A stretch of 64,000 bases of DNA from IMG/VR virus record IMGVR_UViG_3300009082_000959; one strand, written 5' to 3'. Each line of letters begins with the position of its first letter. Position 1 is the stretch's first letter. The DNA is from a virus (taxonomy: Duplodnaviria; Caudoviricetes). The notes under the pieces were generated by a model. That model saw only the letters and a program-made list of their open reading frames with translations. It was not told where the DNA came from and did not search any database. This document shows positions 50,101-58,400 of the stretch, piece after piece. Position numbers and translations under genes: made by a program.

Positions 50101-51422
50101 GGCGAGGAATTCTGTGCTCATCTGTTTTAACCAAACATTTGTTTGAAGAAATAGGTGAAAACGGAAAATGTAATTCGCACAACAAACGCATTCCAAGGTG
50201 GATTTATTCTCTATCTACACGACAAATGAAAATACTTATTAATTCTCTTGTCGCAGGAGATGGAACAAAATACACAAGTAAAACTGGTAAGAGTGGATTT
50301 AAATATAGTACAATATCTGAAAATTTGGCAAAAGACCTACATGAATTAGTGTTTTTGGCCGGGTTTGCTCCAAAAGTATATAAAACAAAGAATGGTCAAG
50401 GAAAAGACTATTGGCTTGTTACCTGGACTGAGAGTGGCAAGGGATCATTCCCGCATTTCGGTGGAGTATCAAATAAAAGAGAACAACAACTCACTAAAGA
50501 GCAATATAATGGTAAGGTTTGGTGCTTTACTGTTCCAACAGGATTATTTGTCACCAGACGAAACGGTTTAATTACAATTCAGGGTAATAGCGCTGAGTAT
50601 GATAAAAACTTTAAGATAATTACTCATGCAGGCGTTACGGTTGAAAGAGTTGGTGCTAATGGATCAATATTAGATATAAACCCAGACATGCAGGCTATTT
50701 TAGATAATATTTTGTACGGTCTTATGGTTCCAAAAGCGGTAGTGACACAGGAAGGTTCGTCTTTCAACAGCGCAACTGTTGGTCTAGAAGTTCTTAGGCA
50801 GCGCTACGAGGCTTTTAGGAACATGATGTCGCAGTGGCTCATTAAAAAGATATTTGCTCCAATCAGCGAAATACAAGAATTTTATGAGTATAAAGATGGG
50901 GATAAAAAACTTATTGTCCCAGACATTGAGTGGAATAGAATGATATTGTTTGATATGGATAACTATATCAGTGTATTAAACGGATTGGTCAAAGAAAAAG
51001 CAGTATCCAAGACTACACTTTTTAGAAGCCTTGGTCTAAACATCGATGAAGAGAATAGACTTCGTAAGGAAGAACTAATAAAAGAAGCTATAATAGGAAA
51101 AGAAACAGCTATTCTAAATTCAATGACTCTTGGTGCCTTGCGCTCACTAAAGGCAGAGGACGATATAATAGAACCAACAGACCAGGTTTCTCTACCTGGG
51201 ACACCTGGTTCAGAGGAATCAGGAATACCTGGAATGACTCCTCCTGGCGCCGGCGGATTAGGCGGTGGGGGTCTTGGTGGCTCTCCAATGCCTCCAATGG
51301 GCGGACTTGGCGGCGGCCTAGGTGAGCTTCCAACAGAGGGCCTTGGCGGCCCTGAAGCTCCTGCGGGCGGTGGAGAAACACCTCAAAGCCCAACGCCAGC
51401 ACCTACATCACCAACACAATAA
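47193..51422 (+). CDS. Portal protein containing two inteins (about 649 aa after splicing)
   Basis: Position after terL; extein motifs PEIYSPL, IGECFPY, IQNPDYI; Gly/Pro-rich tail; the portal call rests mainly on context. Confidence 0.8.
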   Translation: MEIRRGPWKPATTNKVATVKSSRFGARPATVLSPGVSNSEHHLANRQADTGAIPEKVSEFRQAEIIRATGSSNNQIKESPAPLLLYSNSFKKSQEIKENFLRKSAASVTSGGYSSAGGGTTIQAPEIYSPLFQIANLQLPRERITMNAWNRNFYDTHPLVHNCINLHATYPINKINIKCKDGKIEQFFKDMAENIDLIGVLQGMALEIFKIGECFPYAELDERTGAWKSIVIQNPDYIHIKTSVLGGDPVISLSPDAALKRLVQSNNPADIQLRSQIDDEILYHIRKGNNIPLDNFHISHLALKSAPYDVHGTSPIVTVYKDLMLYDKLRECYSSDTEVLTDSGFMNGLELSLKYKNSNQSDLPSIACFNSETEMVEHHKPIKTHISEYNGNMYRFKGKKVDILVTPEHRMWVNKNKKTGWSGWHFEQAKDVSPSYWYKFRCHAKYNEGEKVEFIDVLGKKIPSELYMKVLGHIISEGCVYQSYKNGRYDNNVSICQNIESKYQQNMRNNFKQFAELLGKNLVENTKVVGSGFSAHSPKNKWEALVSGKDLVNYFKKEIGTNDVCNSGTKRIPRWIFGLHSDLLKCLLESLMEGDGHFSSSLYNTTSKGFRYDTGSKQLADDVYELVYRLGFVPLLRTVDRTGENTGKNLLEYSVSWSNTHYGREPRVYGKSDSKHHGAHIGQTDYDGLVWCFEVPTGLFITRRNGKITIQGNSKYAQADSLVNPITLIKVGGAGEGEYKATGDDLEKWRQIMECHDEETEVLTDHGFKKFFDAIDYTRSDDVAVYTASPKTGIKIACFNNDTKQLEYHIPSRATLYDYSGEMYHFSGGKLDIKVTPNHRMLVTRKLKKGWSNSEIITAENLSLGTHYRFRSVAKFNGEEKESINVCGKSIKTDDYLEFLGNVISEGYVCKINDKYYNSITLYQENCSPEKNSMETNLEKIANCFGKTIQSKTIDNSHTPFSGTNTSTMWRGILCSSVLTKHLFEEIGENGKCNSHNKRIPRWIYSLSTRQMKILINSLVAGDGTKYTSKTGKSGFKYSTISENLAKDLHELVFLAGFAPKVYKTKNGQGKDYWLVTWTESGKGSFPHFGGVSNKREQQLTKEQYNGKVWCFTVPTGLFVTRRNGLITIQGNSAEYDKNFKIITHAGVTVERVGANGSILDINPDMQAILDNILYGLMVPKAVVTQEGSSFNSATVGLEVLRQRYEAFRNMMSQWLIKKIFAPISEIQEFYEYKDGDKKLIVPDIEWNRMILFDMDNYISVLNGLVKEKAVSKTTLFRSLGLNIDEENRLRKEELIKEAIIGKETAILNSMTLGALRSLKAEDDIIEPTDQVSLPGTPGSEESGIPGMTPPGAGGLGGGGLGGSPMPPMGGLGGGLGELPTEGLGGPEAPAGGGETPQSPTPAPTSPTQ
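48186..49331 (+). mobile_element. Intein 1 with LAGLIDADG endonuclease (382 aa)
   Basis: E|CYSSDTEVLT ... VWCFEVPTGLFITRRNGKITIQGN|S; LGHIISEG and LMEGDG motifs. Confidence 0.92.
49455..50588 (+). mobile_element. Intein 2 with LAGLIDADG endonuclease (378 aa)
   Basis: E|CHDEETEVLT ... VWCFTVPTGLFVTRRNGLITIQGN|S; LGNVISEG and LVAGDG motifs. Confidence 0.92.
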
Positions 51423-51431
51423 GGAAGCACA

Positions 51432-52187
51432 GTGTCTAAAAGACTCACAAGCAATAAAGTAGAAAGATCTATGTATCAACAGTGGTATTATGAAAACAAT
51501 AAAGACGAAATCACACAATATAAAAAGGCATATAACAAAAAAAATAAAAACAAAATAGCGGAAGAACAAAAACTATATTATGAAAATAATAAAGAGAAAA
51601 TAAAATCATATAAAAAGCAATATTACTTAGATAATAAAGACAAAATATCAGAGAAACAAAAACTATATTATGAAAACAATAAAGAGGTTATCGCAGAAAA
51701 AGAAAAACAATACTATGATAAAAATAAAGAAACCATATTGGTAAAAAATAAACAATACTATGAGGAAAATAAAGAAATAGTTTTAGAGAAAAATTCGGCG
51801 TATCGAAAAGAGCACAAAACAGAAATCACAGAAAAACAAAAAGAACGCTTAGAAGTTGATATTAATTTTAAGTTGTCATGTAGGTTGCGAACAAGACTTA
51901 GTGGTGCTTTAAAAAATAATCGCAAATGCGGTTCTGCAGTTAGTGACTTGGGTTGTTCAATATCAGAATTAAAAATTTGGTTGGAACAGCAATTTTATAA
52001 TCATTCTTATACTGGCGAACCTATGACTTGGGAAAACTACGGAGAATGGCATATAGATCACATTTTGCCTCTTTCTAAATTTGATTTAACTGACAAAACA
52101 CAATTATTGAAAGCTTGTAATTGGTTTAATCTACAACCTCTTTGGGCCGAAGATAATTTAAAGAAATCAGACAAAACAAAACAATGA
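51432..52187 (+). CDS. HNH homing endonuclease with 15-aa repeats (no N-terminal zinc finger)
   Basis: About eight repeats; WHIDHILP...NLQPLWAEDN. Confidence 0.87.
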   Translation: MSKRLTSNKVERSMYQQWYYENNKDEITQYKKAYNKKNKNKIAEEQKLYYENNKEKIKSYKKQYYLDNKDKISEKQKLYYENNKEVIAEKEKQYYDKNKETILVKNKQYYEENKEIVLEKNSAYRKEHKTEITEKQKERLEVDINFKLSCRLRTRLSGALKNNRKCGSAVSDLGCSISELKIWLEQQFYNHSYTGEPMTWENYGEWHIDHILPLSKFDLTDKTQLLKACNWFNLQPLWAEDNLKKSDKTKQ

Positions 52188-52459
52188 TAGATATTTTTAC
52201 TAAATTAGATAGTCTTATAAACTATGATGATAATTATAGTATTCTCAAAGCTTTTTCTACTTTGGAAAAAGAATTTAATATGTGTGTTACCAGGAAAGAC
52301 AAAAGATATGCCTATCAAATAGTTTATGCTGCAAACAAATTAGCAGGAAAACTATCATTATTGTTTGGTAATAGTGGGGTTTATTCTTCTGAAAAATTGG
52401 TAAAAATATCATCTGAGCTAGTTAGGAATTTTGGTTTCAGAATAAACAAAATATTGTAG
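52184..52459 (+). CDS. Hypothetical protein
   Basis: ATGA overlap; fills the gap before the giant ORF. Confidence 0.6.
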   Translation: MIDIFTKLDSLINYDDNYSILKAFSTLEKEFNMCVTRKDKRYAYQIVYAANKLAGKLSLLFGNSGVYSSEKLVKISSELVRNFGFRINKIL

Positions 52460-52466
52460 GTAAAAT

Positions 52467-55400
52467 ATGCTATTCAATAATTTTAAAATTTTATCAAAAC
52501 GCGCCAAAGTTGTCAGTGATAAACCTGCATACAAAGACAAACAAGAAAGTGACAGCGGGAACACAATTTATCACTATGACGAAAAACATTTATCAAAACG
52601 CTGGCAACACAAGCGAGATAAGGTAAAAAATCTCGAAAAAAATGTAAAGAAAATACGAGAACAATATGAGAAGGATTTAAGTTCAGATGATCCCAGAACA
52701 CGCGCTATTGCTGCTGTTGTTGGTGTTATAGATGATACGGCCGCGCGCGTTGGAAATCCTGACTCTATTAAAGATCATGACACATATGGTATAACTACGC
52801 TAAAACTAAAGCACATTTCGTTTAGCGGCGGCAAAGCAAAACTAAAATTCCCAGGAAAAGACAATGTTAATCAAGACCTTACTGTTGATAATAAGAAAGT
52901 CATTAAGGTCTTAAAAGAACTTACCAAAGACAAGAAAAAAGATGATTTCCTTTTTGAGGTTGATGGGAAAAGAATTTGGGACCGTGCTATCAATAGATAT
53001 TTGTCTCCCTTTAAGATTAGTGCAAAGGATTTGCGCGGTTTCCATGCCAATCGTTTAATGAAAGAGTTACTGAAGAAAAAAGACTTTGACGAGGCTTTAG
53101 AGGAAACGGCCTCCATTGTGGGTCATGAAAAAGCAACGCTCAAAAATCAATACCTTTTACCCGAATTAGTCGAAAAATACGAAGGCAAAAAGAAAGATGC
53201 TAGCATAATGCGTTTATCAAAACGCGCTGAACTCACACCAGAAGACTTGGCTTGGGTTAATAGCATTAAGGGTTTGACTGCTGATGTTCCTTCTGCGCCA
53301 GCAACACAAACAGGTGGCGTAAAAATAAACAGTTTAATACTAGCTGCTTGGCAAACTTTATTACCATTTTTGCCAAAGGGTTCTGTGATTACTTCCGGAG
53401 AAAGAACGGCAGATGATCAAAAACGAATCCTGGAACACTATTGGCAAAAAGCAACTGGCCAAAAAATACCAGATAAACTTAAAGCCAATGATAGCGTATG
53501 GTTCCAAGTATCTAAGTCTCTTAAAGAGGACTATGGTTATATAGTTGGACCTCCGAAAACAAATGATCCTTATTCTCACTTGAACGGAAGAGCACTTGAT
53601 GTTTCTGGTGCAAACTTAAATCAAATTGCCAATATAGCGGCTTCTGTATCAAACAACCCAAAATTACCAGTAAAATTTAGAAAACCAGTAATAGAGAAGC
53701 AAAACAATTGTGTTCATCTGGGAATAGAGAACGCAGAATATAATCCTGCGGCAATTAAAGAAGTATTAAGTAGCGGATTGGGAGTTACTGCATCTATATC
53801 TGTGCGTGCAAATAAATTTTTGGATGAAATGGGTTTTGGTCTTGAAACAGAACAGGGTGATTTATTTGAGAAATCACCAATATTCAGGCATTATGATGGC
53901 TACCAAACATACAAAATTCATGATATTAGCGAAACAGAAGCTAGCAAATTAGCAAAGAGTGAACCAGACGAATTCTTTTATCGCGGACTACACAAAGAAT
54001 ACGCTAATCTTGTTCCTGGTGCTTTACGTAGCATGATACAATCGAATGCAAAATTTTTCTTTGTATTTGATTATCACAAAGATGAAAAATATTCAGACTT
54101 GTTAATTTTGGCCGCCGAACTATTATCTCAACAGGACCCTAGGGCATTTTTCTATTTCGGCCTACATAAAAAGTTTCCAGAATTAGGCAGAGGTGCTGTT
54201 GTTCAGTTGATTGATACCAATCCGGACTCATTTTTCGATCTTGGTCTGGAAAAAGAATACAGCGATTTAGAGGGAAGTGCTGGTGCTGCCAGAAACATAA
54301 AAGACCCAAATAAAATTGAAATAGAAAAAGATTCTAATTTGAATAAAGCAGCAGAGGAAGACGACGAAGAAAAAAAGAAATTAGAGGAATATTTGAAACT
54401 TCGAGAAAAATATAAGCGATTATTTAAAGACAGAGACTATAAAGAGTTTCCACCAGAGGACCGCAAAAAGGAATTTTGGAAGCATCAATTTAATCCAAAG
54501 GAAATTGGTAGTTTTCCTAGTTTCTGGGAATATCCAAAAGAAGAAGACCCGGATCGTGAGGAAAAAGAAGAAGACCTTAAAAAAAGACGCAAACAGTACT
54601 GGCAGCACCAATTAAGTCCCACCCGGTGGCTTGGCTATGGCGCTATTCCTTTTTGGAAATATCCGAAGAGTTCTGTGATGCCAGTGCTATCAAAACGCGC
54701 AGAAGTCAATGACGTTGCTGGCGTATTTGCAGTATTGCCAAAAGAAATAGCAAAACAATTTAAGTCTCTTGGTGACCACGACAACAGTGATCCACACATA
54801 ACTGTGATTTTTTGCGGTAAAGTAAAAAAGAAAGATAGAAAGTTGCTGGAAGAAACTGTCAGAGGAGTAATAGAAAACTGGAAGCCCTTTAAAGCAGAAT
54901 TAGATAGCAAGGTCACTTATTTTCCTGCAACCAAAAATTCAGATGGCTGTAAAATAGCTAAAATGAGTGTGAAATCCAAAGAACTTCACAGACTGCACAA
55001 AGAATTAAAAGAAGCGATTGAAAGCGCCGGAATAGAAATCGATGATACATTTCCTGATTACAAACCACACGTGACATTGGAATATTTAGAAAAAGGTGCA
55101 ACAAAATACGAAGACGAAGTTCCGGAAGGCTCTTGGGAAATAGATTGTGTAGAAATTTGGGGAATTGGTAAAAATAGAAAAATTAAATTTGACAAGCACG
55201 AGAAGAAAGCGTGTCTATCAAAACGGGCATCATTCACAGAAGAAGAGGCGAAGGAACTGGCCGAAAAAGGTTCTGATACTTTTTTTTACTATCACCTACA
55301 GGAAACCTACCCACATCTCGCAGAACAGGCGGCGCGTAATCTAGCAAAAGTATCAGCATTTGATTTTTTTTATTACAGACTACACGAAACATACCCACAT

Positions 55401-58400
55401 CTTATAGAATACACAGTACAAAAGTTGGTAGAAGAGAATCCCAAAATGTTCTTTTTTCGTGGTTTTCACAAAACATATCCACATCTTACAGAACAAGCCG
55501 CCAAAAACCTAGTAGAAGAGGATTCTGGATATTTCTTTAGTTATGGACTACAGGAAACATTTCCACATCTTACAGAACAAGCCGCCAAAAGCCTAGCAGA
55601 AAAGGATCCTGATACTTTGTTTTTTAGGAAACTAGATAAAATTTATCCACAATTAGGTGAGTTGGCAGCCAAAAACCTAGCAGAAAATAAACCTGCCGAT
55701 TTCTTTTACTTCAAGCTGCATAAAACCTACCCACAAATAGGAGAACAGGTGGCCAAATACCTGGCAGAAAATAATATTAGTACATTCTTTCATTACAATT
55801 TACAAGAAATCTACCCAAAACAGGGCGAGCTACTATCAAAAAATCTAGCAGAAAAGGATCCTGATACTTTCTTTCGCAGGGAATTACACAAAATTTATCC
55901 GCAACTAGGTGAATTGGCAGCAAAGAGTACGGCAGAAGAGGATCCAAAAAAGTTCTTTCTTTTTGGATTACACAAAACCTATACACACTTTGCAGAATTG
56001 GCAGCAAAAGGCATTGCGGAAATCATTCCTGGTTATTTCTTTGATACTGAATTACATAAAATATACCCACAGTTATCAGAACAGGCTGCCGAAAATTTGG
56101 CGAAAGAAAATATTGTGTCCTTCTTTTATCGCAAAATACACGAAACCTATCCACATATCGCAGAACAAGCTGCCAAAAACCTAGCAGAAAATGATGAGGG
56201 AGAATTCTTTAAATTAAATTTGCAAAAAACTTATCCACAGTTTGCGGAACAACCAATAACAAATAGATTAAAAGCACAGAAACAATTTGATTACGAAAAT
56301 CCCGATCACAGAAATAGACCTCTTAAAGCAAAACAATTAGCCAGTAAAATGTATAATCAGGGATATAAAACCTACATACACACTAATGATTTAGATGATT
56401 TGGATGGAATCGGCAGTATTCCTGGGGAAATTTGTGTAAGTTCTTGGGACTTATCCAGAAAACTGTTTTCCTCAAGCCCAATGACTTACGCTGCAATTTT
56501 TGAGGGAAGACCTTCACATTTCTTTAATCAAGATGCTTGGTCTGACGTAGGTCAGGATGGCCTACGATTTTTGACAAGTATTGGGAGAGATAGGGACTTT
56601 TACGAAATGGATGAAAACCATGACGAAGCTTGGTTTAATCCACTAGCACCAGGAAACAAATTAGTTGGCTTTGCTTTAGTGGGAATACCGAAAGATCAAG
56701 AAACATATCAAGATGGAAAGAAAAAACTACAAAAACTGGCGGAGAAAAACGGAGTAGCGTATTTGGAGTTTGGAGAAAATCCTTGGGACTTGAAAAAAAT
56801 CAGAGAAAAACCTTTAATGAAAGAATATGAAAAACCAAACCCAATGATCAGCAAATATAAAAATCTACCAGAAATGAGAGACTACGCTAAACTGAAACTA
56901 TCAAAACGTGCCGAAGAGGAAACAACAATACAACTTACCGACAAAGAAAAACAAATCTTTGATGTTTTGCTTGAAACAATAAAGCATTTTAATTTAAAAT
57001 CCACCATTAGAGTTGCCGGCGGTTGGGCTAGAGATAAAATACTTGGGAAAAATAGTAAAGACATAGATATAGCAATTGATAATATGTCTGGTAAGCAGTT
57101 TGCCGAAAAAGTATTGCTATTTGCTCGCACGAAAAACATTCCAGTAAAATCAGTTGGAGTAATAGAGGCCAGACCAGAACAATCAAAACATCTCGAAACA
57201 GCTGTGGTTAATTTACTAGGCGAGAGTATAGACTTTGTAAATTTGCGCGCAGAAAAATATGATCCAGAAACCAGAATTCCAACGGCAGTTCCTGGAACTG
57301 CTCTTGAGGACTCATATCGTAGAGACTTGACCATTAATAGTTTATTTTACAATATTAATACTGGGAAAATAGAAGATTTGACCGGCAAAGGTATAGATGA
57401 TTTAAAAAATAAAATAATAAGAACGCCAGTTCCGCCGAAGGAAATTTGGTCACAGGTTGGAATTACAGACGAATCACAAGCAATTACTCCAAAGAAAACC
57501 TTTATGGATGACCCACTTCGTGTTCTTCGTGCAATTAGGTTTGCCTCAAGATACGGATTTTCTTTGGCACCAGAATTAATGGAAGCAGCAAAGGACCCCG
57601 AAGTTCAGGAATCATTTAAAAACAAAATATCTAGAGAGCGCATCGAGGCAGAATTAAGAAAAATGATAACTGGTCCAAATCCTGTTTGGGCTCTAAATTT
57701 AATAAACGAGTTGGGTTTTAGGTCTGAAGTATTAAAACTCCCAGAACAAACAAACTGGAAAACCGGTGATGAAGATATTTGGGGAAACATAATTCAAACA
57801 CTGGATAATTTACAAAGTATAATAAAAGAAAGAAATTTGGGTGAAGCAGACAAGTTCGTTATTAATTTTGCGGCATTCTTGCATGATGTTGGCCTACTTG
57901 ATCCAAAAAACCAAGACGCGAAAAAATTGGAGAAATCCATTGGACGATCTGAATCCAGCGTCGTAGTCGCAGAACATGTATTACGAAATTTGCCAGGCGT
58001 AAGGGTTGATGAAATAGAAAGAGTAAAGAAACTAATAGATGCCACCAAACTAATAGAAAACCAAAAACACGATTTGTCTGCTATTACACGAAAACAATTG
58101 GGTAATTTTGTTAGAGCAATAGGAGACGATTGGGAAAATGCAGTTGATATTTTGGCTGCACGAAACAAGGCCAACGAAGGATTTAGTCCAGAGTATTACA
58201 GTGGAATTAAAAAACAGGTAAAGGATTTTGGTCTTGAAAAAGCCCACACAATGAAACCGCTTTTGACTGGCGAAGAATTAATGAAATTGTTTGAAAGAAA
58301 GGGCGGAAAGTGGATGGGAGACCTAAATAGAGAACTAATTCAATGGCAGTTAGAAAATCCAAACGCAACGAAGGATGATGCAATTGTCGCAGCAAAAGAC

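Noticed and set aside
51140-51420. GC-rich island at the portal 3' end as foreign DNA
   Set aside because: Explained by the Gly/Pro-rich low-complexity protein tail, in frame with the portal.
52590-52604. LSKRW as an additional polyprotein cleavage site
   Set aside because: Lies within the N-terminal part of the TopoIB module and has Trp where boundary sites have Ala; probably not processed.
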